DNA of 64,000 nucleotides, taken from contig CAWAPT010000015.1 of NCBI GenBank assembly GCA_963784005.1, positions 6,005-70,004 of the forward strand, given 5' to 3'. Position numbers and translations under genes: made by a program. The notes under the pieces were generated by a model that was given only the letters and a program-made list of their open reading frames with translations, was not told where the DNA came from and searched no databases. Positions within the stretch are counted from its first letter, which is position 1, and each line of letters begins with the position of its first letter. Origin of the DNA: an uncultured Alphaproteobacteria bacterium (GTDB lineage Bacteria; Pseudomonadota; Alphaproteobacteria; Rhizobiales; Xanthobacteraceae). Below are positions 27,188 through 36,491 of this stretch, piece after piece.

Positions 27188-27835
27188 GTGGGGACACCGC
27201 TGCTCGACCGTATCCTCAATCGGCTCGAAGAGTGGATCATCGTCACGCTGATCGGCGCCGCGACGATCATCACCTTTGTCGCGGTCGTGCACCGCTACGG
27301 CGCCAGCAATTCGGCAAGCCTCGCCAGATGGGCGGGTGCGCATCATTTGCTGCTTCTCAAACAAGCGGCAAATTGGGTTTACACCACGCTCGCCGCGATC
27401 AACCTGTCCTGGGCCAACGAACTTGCCACCTACATGTTCGTGTGGATGGCGAAATTCGGCGCAGCGCTTGGCGTACGCACCGGCATCCATGTCGGCGTCG
27501 ATGTTTTCGTCAATAAGCTGACGCCGGCGACGCGCAAGCCGGTGATCGTGTTCGCGCTGTTGTGCGGGGCGTTGTTTACCGGCGTCATCGGCACGCTCGG
27601 CGCCGTCTACGTCTACGAGCTCGATCCCGACCAGGTCTCGCCCGAGCTCGAATGGCCGAGCTGGATCATCTATCTATGTATCCCGCTCGGCTCCTATCTG
27701 ATGTGCTTTCGTTTCCTGCAGGTGATGTGGCGCTTTTTGCGCACCGGATTTGTGCCGCACCAAGGCCACGGCATCGATTATGAGGCGCCGCACGACGCCG
27801 AAACCCTGCTGCCGGCCGGCGAGGGGACGCGATGA
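27188..27835 (+). CDS. dctQ: TRAP transporter small permease
   Basis: 4 TM segments with a GTG start, positioned between dctP and dctM. Confidence 0.78.
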   Translation: MGTPLLDRILNRLEEWIIVTLIGAATIITFVAVVHRYGASNSASLARWAGAHHLLLLKQAANWVYTTLAAINLSWANELATYMFVWMAKFGAALGVRTGIHVGVDVFVNKLTPATRKPVIVFALLCGALFTGVIGTLGAVYVYELDPDQVSPELEWPSWIIYLCIPLGSYLMCFRFLQVMWRFLRTGFVPHQGHGIDYEAPHDAETLLPAGEGTR

Positions 27836-27889
27836 CCGCGCTCTCTCCCGCGGCGAAGACCGGCCGAGGTCAGGCCGTTTACCGCCGGC

Positions 27890-29305
27890 GTGATGTCGGG
27901 GCTGATCGTTCTTCTGCCGATCGCGCTGGCTCTGATCTGCTTTGCCGCGCGGCTGCATATCATCGAGCTGTCGCACACGGTGCGGGCCGAGCTTTTGTTC
28001 GCGCTGTTGCTGGCGCTGATGGCGTCCGGCATGCCGATCTCGATTGCGCTTGGCCTCTCGGTGCTGACGTATTTATTTATTCTCTCCGACGTCGATCCGA
28101 AGATGGTGGGCTTGAAACTGTTCACCAGCATCGATCGCTTCGAGATCATGGCGATCCCGTTCTTCATCCTGGCCGGCAATTTTCTCACTGCCGGCGGGGT
28201 GGCGCGCCGCATGATCGATTTTGCCTCTTCGCTGATCGGACACTGGTATGGCGGCCTTGGCCTAGCCGGCGTGGTCGCCTGCGCGCTGTTCGCGGCGATC
28301 TCCGGCTCCTCGGTGGCGACCGTCGTCGGCATCGGCTCGATCATCCTGCCGGCCTTGGCGCAGCAAGGCTATCCACCGCGCTTTTCCGCCGGCGTGATCG
28401 CTACCTCCGGCGCGCTCGGCATCCTGTTTCCGCCCTCGATCAATCTCGTCATCTTTGCCGTGGCCACGAGTGGCATGCAACCGCGCGGCCCGACCGGCGC
28501 GGTGGTCGATTCCGCTTCGATCGGCCAATTGTTCATCGCAGCCCTGATACCCGGCCTTATCCTGGCGACGATGCTCGGCGCGACGACCTGGTACCGCGCC
28601 TGGCGCAACGACTATCCGCGCATGGTACGCGCGAGCTGGGGCGAGTGCTGGCGCGCGTTCCGCGAAAGCATCTGGGGCTTGTTGCTGATCTTGCTGGTGC
28701 TCGGCGGCATTTATTCCGGCCTGTTCACGCCGACCGAGGCGGCCGCCGTCGCCGCGGTCTACGCCTTCATCATCGCGGTGTTCGTTTATGAGGGCCTGAA
28801 ATTCTCCGAAGTGCCGGCCGTGCTGCTCAAAGCGGCGGCGATGAGCGCTATGATTCTTTACATCATTACCAATGCCGCGGTGTTCTCGTGGCTCCTCACC
28901 TCGGAACAGATTCCGCAGTCGATGGCCGGCTGGATGACCGCGCAAGGCTTTGGCATGGTCGCGTTCCTGCTGGTCACCAATATTGTGTTGCTGGCCGCCG
29001 GCAATTTCATGGATCCTGCCGCCATCACGCTGATCATGGCGCCGATCCTGTTTCCGATGGCCGCAGCGCTTGGCGTGCACCCGGTGCATCTCGGCATCCT
29101 GATGGCGGTCAATATGGAAGTCGGGCTGTGCCATCCGCCGGTCGGTTTGAACCTCTATGTCGCCTCGGGCATCACCAAAATGGGCATCACCGAGCTCACG
29201 ATTGCGGTGCTGCCATGGCTTCTCACCATGCTCGTCTTTCTGGCGATGGTGACTTACATCCCCGCCATATCGCTGTGGCTGCCGCACGCTTTGGGCATGC
29301 TGTGA
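27890..29305 (+). CDS. dctM: TRAP transporter large permease
   Basis: 471 aa polytopic protein with the DctM-family signature (FFILAGNFLTAGGVARRMIDF). The start is approximate. Confidence 0.87.
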   Translation: MMSGLIVLLPIALALICFAARLHIIELSHTVRAELLFALLLALMASGMPISIALGLSVLTYLFILSDVDPKMVGLKLFTSIDRFEIMAIPFFILAGNFLTAGGVARRMIDFASSLIGHWYGGLGLAGVVACALFAAISGSSVATVVGIGSIILPALAQQGYPPRFSAGVIATSGALGILFPPSINLVIFAVATSGMQPRGPTGAVVDSASIGQLFIAALIPGLILATMLGATTWYRAWRNDYPRMVRASWGECWRAFRESIWGLLLILLVLGGIYSGLFTPTEAAAVAAVYAFIIAVFVYEGLKFSEVPAVLLKAAAMSAMILYIITNAAVFSWLLTSEQIPQSMAGWMTAQGFGMVAFLLVTNIVLLAAGNFMDPAAITLIMAPILFPMAAALGVHPVHLGILMAVNMEVGLCHPPVGLNLYVASGITKMGITELTIAVLPWLLTMLVFLAMVTYIPAISLWLPHALGML

Positions 29306-29324
29306 GGGCTCGTCGTTCGTCAGC

Positions 29325-29431
29325 GCTAGAGTATGATCCGGAAAAGTGGAATCCGGTTTTCCGAAAAGATCATGCTCCAACGAAAAAGCTAGACCATGAT
29401 CCGAATCAATTTGATCGGATCATGGTCTAAG
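29325..29431. repeat. REP/MITE-like repeat, family E (CTAGACCATGATCC... / ...GGATCATGGTCTAG with inner GATCCGGAAAAGTGGAATCCGGTTTTCCGAAAAGATCATGC)
   Basis: Matches the reverse complement of 34751-34859 over about 107 bp, at roughly 90% identity by eye. Confidence 0.85.
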
Positions 29432-29454
29432 GCTCGCGGCGCTTTGATGATGAG

Positions 29455-30177
29455 CTAAGACGCCTGACGGAGCGCCGACCGCGCGCCGCGAAGCCCTTTG
29501 AGGATCGCCTTCGCGCGCGCCATCGAGAAATCGCGTGAGCGCTTGTCGAACGCCTCACCGGCGCCGGGCATCATGTAGCCGTGAAGGACGCCCGGGAAAA
29601 TATGCAGATCGAGATTCTTGATGCGCGGCGCGATGGCGCGATAGGCATCCAGCACCTCCGCCGGCGCCGCGTGATCGCGGTCGCCCCACATGATGCATAG
29701 CGGCTCGCGCACGCCCTCGATGTCGCCGATGAAATCGAGCATCTGGGTGCCGTGACAGGAAATGCCCGCGGCATAGCCGAGACGTTTCGGCCCGATAATG
29801 GCGTAAGGGCCGCCGTAACAGAATCCCATCACCGCGGCGCGGCCGTTGAATTGCGGCAGCGTGCGCAGATGGGCCAGTGTGTCGGCGAGATCGGTTTCGC
29901 CAGTCTTGATTCGTTGCAGGCGCGGTTGCGAACGTTCCTTGGTGCGCCGGTCGTCGCGCGATAGCGGCCCCGGGATCGTCCGCCAGAACAGATCGGGTGC
30001 GGCGACGATATAGCCGTCGGCTGCGAATTCGTCGGCGATCGCGCGAATGTCGGCGTCGACGCCATGAACGGCGCTGGCGAGCACTATCGCCGGCACGGCG
30101 GCGTCCGTCTTCGGGATAGCCAGATAGCAATCGAACTCGCCGCCGCTTGAATGGATCTCGACGTTTTTGCCTGACAT
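29455..30177 (-). CDS. dienelactone hydrolase family protein
   Basis: 240 aa alpha/beta hydrolase: DCYLAIP...PAIVLASAVHGV, nucleophile elbow GFCYGG, C-terminal HGY. Confidence 0.85.
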   Translation of the reverse strand: MSGKNVEIHSSGGEFDCYLAIPKTDAAVPAIVLASAVHGVDADIRAIADEFAADGYIVAAPDLFWRTIPGPLSRDDRRTKERSQPRLQRIKTGETDLADTLAHLRTLPQFNGRAAVMGFCYGGPYAIIGPKRLGYAAGISCHGTQMLDFIGDIEGVREPLCIMWGDRDHAAPAEVLDAYRAIAPRIKNLDLHIFPGVLHGYMMPGAGEAFDKRSRDFSMARAKAILKGLRGARSALRQAS

Positions 30178-30207
30178 GAATTCCTCCCTGATTTTCGCCG
30201 TCTATTG

Positions 30208-30552
30208 CTATTCGTGGAAGTCGCCCGATAATAGTTCGATCGGCATGCCGTGCGGGGTTCGCGCGCAAGCGTGCTGCCAAGCGTCACGCGTGCGCGATAG
30301 CGCCTGCGGATCGGTCAAACCCTTTGTGGCGACGATGCGTTCCAGCGTCGCGAGCCAATGGTGATAGTAAGTCTCGCCGGTGTCGGGATCGCCGGCGGCT
30401 TGCGCCTTTTTGATCTCGTCGCCGAGCGTCGCCGCCCATTCTGTCCAGGTGAACAGGCCGCGCTCGTTGAGTTGAAGCGCCAGCGCAAAGGCCTCGGCTT
30501 CCCAGGGCGCGCGGAATATCGGACCGTCTGCGTTGCGGGGGAGCTTAACTCG
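30208..30552 (-). pseudogene. nitrile hydratase accessory (activator) protein, 5' end removed: 114 open codons with no ATG/GTG/TTG start
   Basis: ...LPRNADGPIFRAPWEAEAFALALQLNERGLFTWTEWAATLGDEIKKAQAAGDPDTGETYYHHWLATLERIVATKGL...RTPHGMPIELL matches the NHase accessory-protein family. The frame is closed upstream by a TGA that lies inside the left hairpin repeat (30553-30555). Confidence 0.6.
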
Positions 30553-30954
30553 TCATTCCGGCCGAGCGAGCGAAGCGAGCGAGAGCCGGAATCCATAGTC
30601 ACATGTCCTCATATCAATGTCTCCGAAAGATCGACCCAACCAGGTTTCTTGTTTTCGATAAGCTGAATCTTCCATTCGCGGTTCCATTTCTTTAATTGCT
30701 TTTCACGCGTTATTGCCGACAAGGGGTCATCAAGAATTTCAAAATATACCAGCTTATGAACATTGTAACGTTTGGTGAAGTCTCGAACGATTTTCGATTT
30801 GTGTTGGTGGACGCACTGGATGAGATCATTCGTGACGCCTATGTAGAGCGTGCCGTGTTTGTTATTCGCCAAAATGTAAACGTAGAAATGGTCACTCATC
30901 CGAGAGTTCAGTGATTATGGATTCCGGCTCTCGCTTCGCTCGGCCGGAATGACG
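30551..30954 (-). mobile_element. candidate mobile unit: GIY-YIG ORF bracketed by inverted family B hairpin repeats
   Basis: The left unit (30551-30602) and right unit (30911-30954) are reverse complements of each other apart from two 4-nt GCGA insertions. The AT-rich ORF fills the space between them, with 6 and 11 nt spacers. It sits exactly at the nthB stop / accessory-gene start junction. Confidence 0.55.
30609..30899 (-). CDS. GIY-YIG nuclease family protein (COG2827/UPF0213-like, catalytic domain only)
   Basis: MSDHFYVYILANNKHGTLYIGVTNDLIQCVHQHK...REKQLKKWNREWK carries the GIY/YIG beta-hairpin, a conserved Arg/His region and a Glu. It is visibly AT-rich (roughly 40% GC by eye) in a >60% GC context. 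Confidence 0.85.
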   Translation of the reverse strand: MSDHFYVYILANNKHGTLYIGVTNDLIQCVHQHKSKIVRDFTKRYNVHKLVYFEILDDPLSAITREKQLKKWNREWKIQLIENKKPGWVDLSETLI

Positions 30955-31610
30955 TCAGGCTCCAGATACGGCTCGAACGCTTCGATCGAAACCTTGAGCG
31001 AGGGCTCCGCACCGTCGCCCCATAATTCGCGGCCTTCGAACAGCACCGTGTAGAGCCATTGCGGATTTTCGCCCTGGCCGATCGCGACGGTGTCGGGAAA
31101 GACGTGGCAACCGCGCAGCGCTTCGACCACGCCGACGCGGCCGCGGGCATAGCGCGGCAGGCGCGTATGCGTATCCGGATGGATGTTCTTGGTGCGCACG
31201 CGGTCGCCGGGCTTGAAGCGGGCCGGCGCTTGCGCCGGACGCGCAAACGAGCCGCGCGACAGTGAGTTCGGCACTTCGGCGGCGGTGAGCTTGCGCGCGA
31301 GCGGCTTGCCGGGGCGCAACGCATGGCCGGCATCGATCTCATCGGCGCCGGCAAGCCCAAGCGCCGACCACACGATTTTCCAGGCCCATCGCCCATTTCT
31401 TGTAATAGGAGCTGGTCAGATAAACGTCCGGCGGCAATGGCCTCGATCGCGGCGCGCGCCTCATCGATCGTATAGACGCCGGTGTAGCCCATGGCGCGGT
31501 TGAGCGCGAGCGCAGTGGCCTTCCCACGCCGCATGAAAAACCGGCTCGTCCGGTTCCGGCTCGACTTTGCCGAAGCCGTGCATGCCGCCCATGTCGTGGA
31601 TGCCGTCCAT
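30915..31610 (-). pseudogene. nthB: nitrile hydratase beta subunit, at least 3 frameshifts; C-terminus reads into the right hairpin repeat
   Basis: The pieces [82 protein letters not shown] and ...RFKPGDRVRTKNIHPDTHTRLPRYARGRVGVVEALRGCHVFPDT...EPYLEP lie in different frames. Confidence 0.8.
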
Positions 31611-31624
31611 CACGAAGACCTGCA

Positions 31625-32262
31625 TCACGCGGCTCGGCCGGTTGTTTCGGCAGGCCGGTGCCGATCATGCTGTCGCGCGTGACCAGCGCTGGCGAGTTTT
31701 TCTTCGCTCCAGCCCTCGGTGCCGGCCGGCCGCATCGGCAGCACGATGAAACGCGTCTCGGCGGTCGAATCCCAGACGCGGATGCCGGTGCCCGCCGGCA
31801 GCGTCACGCCGAAATCGGCCAGCACGCCGCGCGGATCGTTGACCGCGCGCGAACGATACGGCGCCGATTTGTACCAGACCGGCGGCAGGCCGAGCACTTC
31901 CCAGGGATAACAGGAGCACAGCGTGCAGACGATCATGTTGTGCTGCTTGCGGCGTATTCTCGACCGCGATCAGATGATCGCCGACGCGGTTGAGCACGCC
32001 GAGCGGCAGCACCGCTTTGCTGCGCGTCTTCGATGCAGCGCCTGCTTGAACGCCGGGTCGCTCCAGGCCTTGGCGACGACGCGCGCGCCGATATGCGGGC
32101 CGACTTTGGTTTCATAGGCCTCGATGATGGCGTCGATCGCGGCCGGATCGATATAGCCTTTCTCGGCCAGCACGGTTTCCAGCGCGCGCACGCGCAATTG
32201 CATCTCGGAGAGTTCCGAGCCGTGTCGTGATGGTCGTGATCGTGATCGTGGTCGTGTGCCAT
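31625..32262 (-). pseudogene. nthA: nitrile hydratase alpha subunit (Co-type), at least 4-5 frameshifts
   Basis: Metal site [10 protein letters not shown] (Thr, so cobalt type). The pieces [115 protein letters not shown]...GWSEEKLAS and [13 protein letters not shown] are in alternating frames. Confidence 0.85.
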
Positions 32263-32281
32263 GATCGGCGGATTATAACAC

Positions 32282-32361
32282 CGTCATTGCGAGGAGCGAA
32301 GCGACGAAGCAATCCAGGCTTTGCCGCCCGACTGGATTGCTTCGCTCCGCTCGCAATGACG
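32282..32361. repeat. family C repeat between the nthA start and the UbiD-like stop
   Basis: CGTCATTGCGAGGAGCGAAGCGACGAAGCAATCCAGG...CTGGATTGCTTCGCTCCGCTCGCAATGACG. Same termini and inner palindrome as 4521-4640. Confidence 0.85.
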
Positions 32362-32363
32362 AA

Positions 32364-33858
32364 CTACAGATCGTCCAGCCCATATTCCTTCCAGCGCGCT
32401 TCGACCCGCGCCGCATCGTCGGCGTGCAGGCTTTACCGTCGGCGGGAAGCGCTCGTTGTTCCATTGCGGGCGCCTCGGATTTTTCCAGGAGCGCGTGGCG
32501 TCGATCAGCATGCGGTTCCACAAGCCGGTGCCGAGCTGCGCCACGTCGCGGTCTTCCATCGGCGTCGATGGATCGATCGGCGAGCCGAAAATGCCCGGGA
32601 AAGACCACCACGCCGCCTTCGCCGGCATTGACGCGATGCGCGAAGGCCCATTCGACCTGCTCGTCCTGCGCAGGATCGATGTCCTCTTCCACCACGGTGA
32701 CATGCTTGTAGCGGTATTGCGCGGCGCTGTTGCCCCACAGCGCCGCCGCGATCTGCTTGGGCTGGCCCTGATAATGTTTCTTGATCTGGATGCGGATGTT
32801 GACGCCGTTGGTGATCGGCGGCGCATAGACGTCGAGAATGCCGGGAATGCCGGCGCCGTTCAAAATATTCCAGGCAATGGCGGCGCGCTGCACCGAGGAC
32901 ATCACGCTGTTTTCGCTGTAGGAGCCGGGCAGCGTGCCTTCGAGCGAGCCGACGAAGATCGGATCGCGGCGGTGGGTGATGCAGCTGACTTTCATGGCGG
33001 GCGCGGCGTCGGCAGATCGGACACATAGCCGGTGAATTCGCCGAACGGGCCTTCGCTTCTCATAGGTCGCCGGGTCGTCGCTGATGGTGCCCTCGATGAC
33101 GATCTCGGCGCCGGCCGGCACTGCGAGATCGACCGTCTCGCAGCGCACGAGCTGCGCCGGCTCGCCGCGATAGGCCGCCCATCACGTCCCATTCGCAGAC
33201 GCCGGCCGGCAGCGGCGAGCCGGCGAGGAACGGCATGATCGGATCCCAGCCGATGACGCAGGCGACCGGCATCGGCTTGCCGCGCGCCGCCCATTTGACG
33301 AAATGCGCGCCCCAGTGCTGGCCGCCTTTGATCAGCAGGAACGGCGCGGTGTCCTTCTTGGCCGATCATGCCGCGATAGAGACCGACATTCATCACGCCG
33401 GTATCGGGGTCCTTGGTCACGATGGCGGAGAAGGTGTGGATGTAGCGGCCGCCTTCGAGATAGTGCCATTTCGGCACCGGAAATTCGGTCTGGTCGATGG
33501 CATCGCCGCGCATGATCACGTCTTTCACCGGCCCGCTATCGACGAAGACCGGCGCAATGGTCTCGCGGTTTTTCTTCATCACGTGCTGGACCAGTTCGCG
33601 ATTGGCGGCATCGGGCGGAAAGCCGAGCGCCAGCGCCAGGCGCGAGCGGGCGCCGAGCCCGCTGGCGAAAAGTTTGGTGCAGCGGCCGGCGGCATAGCCC
33701 TTGATATTCTCGAACAGCAGCGCCGGGCCTTTTTTCTCCAGGACGCGCCGCGTGATGGCGCCGATCTCGCGGTCCCAATCGACCTCGGCCTTGATGCGCC
33801 GCAGCTCGCCTTGCTGTTCGAGGCTCGCCATCCATTGCCGCAGGTCCATAAAGCCCAT
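32364..33858 (-). pseudogene. UbiD-family (prenyl-FMN dependent) decarboxylase, at least 6 frameshifts
   Basis: MGFMDLRQWMASLEQQGELRRIKAEVDWDREIGAITRR..., KPMPVACVIGWDPIMPFLAGSPLP, EGPFGEFTGYVSD, MKVSCITHRRDPIFVGSLEG... and a tail ...ARWKEYGLDDL* can be joined only by switching frames repeatedly. Confidence 0.8.
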
Positions 33859-33974
33859 CGCGCGCTCACTCCAAATTTGTCGCTACGTGCCGCGAAGCTT
33901 GATCGCGGCATTAATTCCCGCAATTCTCCGGCTCCGCAATGGGTTATAGCGCGATCGACGGCCGGGGGAAGACC

Positions 33975-34754
33975 ATGAGCGCAGCACAAATTTTCGATCT
34001 TCCGGCAAAGTGGCGCTGGTGACCGGCGCGTCGAGCGGGCTTGGCGTGCGCTTCGCCGAGGTTTTGGCGGAAAACGGCGCCGCGCGTCGTGCTGGTGGCG
34101 CGGCGGGCCGAGCGGCTCGATGCCGTGAAGGCGCAAGATCGAAAAATCCGGCGGCAAGGCGCATTGCCGTCGAGGCCGATGTCGTGCGACCGCGCGGCGA
34201 TGCGGGCGGCGTTCGATGCCGCCGAGAAACAATTCGGCACGGTGACGATTCTCGTCAACAATGCCGGCGTGGCGCATGCCGGCCGCGCTGTCGATCTGCC
34301 GAAGAAGAATGGCGGCGCGTGCTGTCGACCAATCTCGACGCGGTGTTCTATTGCGCGCAGGAAGCGGCGCGCCGCATGCTCACGGCCGGCAAGCGGCGGC
34401 GCCATCGTCAATATCGCTTCCGTGCTCGGCTTCGGCGTCGACAAAGGCGTCGTCGCCTATGCCACCGCCAAAGCCGGCGTGATCCAATGACCAAGGCGCT
34501 GGCGCTCGAGCTCGCGTTCAAGGGCATTCGCGTCAATGCCATCGCGCCGGGTTGGATCGTCACCGAGCTCAACCGCGATTATCTGCAAAGCGAACGCGGC
34601 GCGGCGCTCAAGCGCGAAATCCCGATCGGCCGCTTCGGCGAAGAGCGCGATCTCGACGGCCCGCTGCTGCTGCTCGTCGTCCGATGCCGGCCGCTTCGTC
34701 ACCGGCGCCACCATCGTCGCCGACGGCGGCCAGGTGGTGGCGTTGCGCACCTAG
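33975..34754 (+). pseudogene. short-chain dehydrogenase/reductase, at least 8 frameshifts in 780 bp
   Basis: TGASSGLG, NNAG, YATAKAG (YxxxK), IRVNAIAPGW and the GRFVTGATIVADGG tail are all present but scattered over three frames. Confidence 0.8.
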
Positions 34755-34859
34755 ACCATGATCCGAGCAAATTGATTTCGAGTCATGGTCTAGCTTTTTC
34801 GTTGGCGCATGATCTTTTCGGAAAACCGGGTTCCACTTTTCCGGATCATGCTCTAGAAC
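34751..34859. repeat. family E repeat, inverted relative to 29325-29431
   Basis: See 29325-29431. It overlaps the SDR stop codon (TAG 34752-34754). Confidence 0.85.
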
Positions 34860-34876
34860 CGGCCAGGGCAGCGGGG

Positions 34877-35611
34877 ATGGGAATAGAACAAGCGATTTTG
34901 ATTCTCGTTGGCGCGTTGGCGGGCGGCATCGTCAATGGGCTCACCGGCTTCGGCACTGCGCTCACGGCTTTGGGCATTTGGCTCTATGCGATCGATCCGG
35001 TCGTCGCGTCGTCCCTGGTGATCCTTTGCTCGACCACCGCGCAGCTGCAGACGATGCATCTGATTTGGCGCGCGATCGGCTGGCGGCGCGTCCTGACCTT
35101 CATCCTGCCGGGCGTTGTCGGCGTACCGATCGGAACGTTTCTTCTGCCGCACATCGACCCGTGGCTGTTCAAGATCGTTGTCGGCGGTTTTCTGGTGATT
35201 TATTCGGCTTATGTGCTGGCGCGAAAGATCGCGATCGAAAGCGACTGGGGCGGCAGCGCCGCCGATGGCGTCGTCGGATTTCTTGGCGGCATTCTCGGTG
35301 GCCTTGCCGGCCTGTCCGGCGTGCTCCCGGTCGTTTGGACCGACGTGCGCGGCTGGGTCAAGGAGCAACGCCGTAGCGTCCTGCAGACCTTCAATATGGC
35401 GATACTGTCACTGGCCTTGGTATCGCACGCCGTCTCCGGCCTATTGACGCGGCAAGTCGCCATGGCCGCGATCATCGCGCTGCCCGGAACGATTGCGGGT
35501 GCATGGCTTGGCGCGTTCATCTACCGGCGGCTCGCCGATCACAGCTATCAGCGCATCATTATGGTGCTGCTGCTGCTGTCGGGCCTCGCGCTGATCTGGA
35601 CCACACTGTAA
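34877..35611 (+). CDS. TauE/SafE (DUF81) family sulfite/anion exporter
   Basis: 244 aa with 7-8 TM segments and the GALAGGIVNGLTGFG and GFLGGILGGLAGLSG repeats typical of DUF81. Intact, immediately after the frameshift-rich block. Confidence 0.85.
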   Translation: MGIEQAILILVGALAGGIVNGLTGFGTALTALGIWLYAIDPVVASSLVILCSTTAQLQTMHLIWRAIGWRRVLTFILPGVVGVPIGTFLLPHIDPWLFKIVVGGFLVIYSAYVLARKIAIESDWGGSAADGVVGFLGGILGGLAGLSGVLPVVWTDVRGWVKEQRRSVLQTFNMAILSLALVSHAVSGLLTRQVAMAAIIALPGTIAGAWLGAFIYRRLADHSYQRIIMVLLLLSGLALIWTTL

Positions 35612-35807
35612 ACGGCAACCCGCGGGCCACCTTGGTCAAGGGGCCTAGTGTATCTAGTATATTATGTGCCGCGGCGGCGGCGTTTGGCCCGTTCCCAATT
35701 GCGTACCTTGGATGATGATCTGGTCCGCATTGTTCTGGCCGGTATTGGTCGAAAGCCACGGCGGCACCGGACAGGGCGGCGCCGAGGGGGCGCCACATTG
35801 GAAGCCG

Positions 35808-36482
35808 TTAAGACTGTACTCGGGGCCGCTGCCATGCTGTCCGAACTTGACTCGTGAGTATTTTTATGTAATGGTCGATTTCCGTCGCCGTGGCTTGCGC
35901 CGGCTGTCCGAAGGGAATGTTCAAACCCGTGATCGTTACCGTAAGGCCCCAATGGCTAAAGGTTATGGTCTTGACGTTATTTGAAATCGTGACCGTGCCG
36001 TGATGATTGGTGACGGTGGTGCCGTTTGGACCTTGCGTGATGGTGTCGGTCCCGCCGCGGATGCCGATCGCCGCATTGGCCGTTTTGATCGTCGTTTCGC
36101 CTTCGTGACTTAAGGCGCCGCCGACATAGCGCAGCGCGCCGTGGGCCAGCGTAGCCAGCATGTGGCCGTTACCCGAATTCGGATCGTAGACAAAATCATC
36201 GATCACGATGCTGGTATTCGGCGCGAGGCTGAGCGAACTGTGGTCGAGAAAGAGTAGCTGGACGCTTCCGGCCGGCGAGGTGTTGATGCGCTCCTGGTGA
36301 AGCACATGCGCGCCGATCGTGAGGGTCCGCGTCGAACCGCCCGGTGGCGTGCTTTCCGACAAGGGATTGACGGCGGTCGCTGTGCCGACCTCCTGCGCGA
36401 CCGCGGAGCCAGCGATCAAAAAGACGCCCGCGAACAGCACAGCGGCATTTTTCCAAAGTGCCGGGATTTTCCATGAGGTCAT
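35808..36482 (-). CDS. secreted FecR-domain protein
   Basis: Signal/anchor AVLFAGVFLIAGSAVAQ and a FecR-like core GSVQLLFLDHSSLSLAPNTSIVIDDFVYDP. The C-terminus may continue in another frame to about 35654 (see findings). Confidence 0.6.
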   Translation of the reverse strand: MTSWKIPALWKNAAVLFAGVFLIAGSAVAQEVGTATAVNPLSESTPPGGSTRTLTIGAHVLHQERINTSPAGSVQLLFLDHSSLSLAPNTSIVIDDFVYDPNSGNGHMLATLAHGALRYVGGALSHEGETTIKTANAAIGIRGGTDTITQGPNGTTVTNHHGTVTISNNVKTITFSHWGLTVTITGLNIPFGQPAQATATEIDHYIKILTSQVRTAWQRPRVQS

Positions 36483-36491
36483 GGCACGCCC

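Noticed and set aside
34010-35611. 533-aa ORF spanning the SDR region, repeat E and the TauE gene. Similar N-terminally over-extended ORFs are 19743-21347, 38006-39070, 39972-41387, 4481-5344 and 1580-2638.
   Set aside because: The upstream parts are off-frame or repeat-derived sequence lacking stops. Internal ATGs with Shine-Dalgarno sequences and family-typical N-termini give the real genes.
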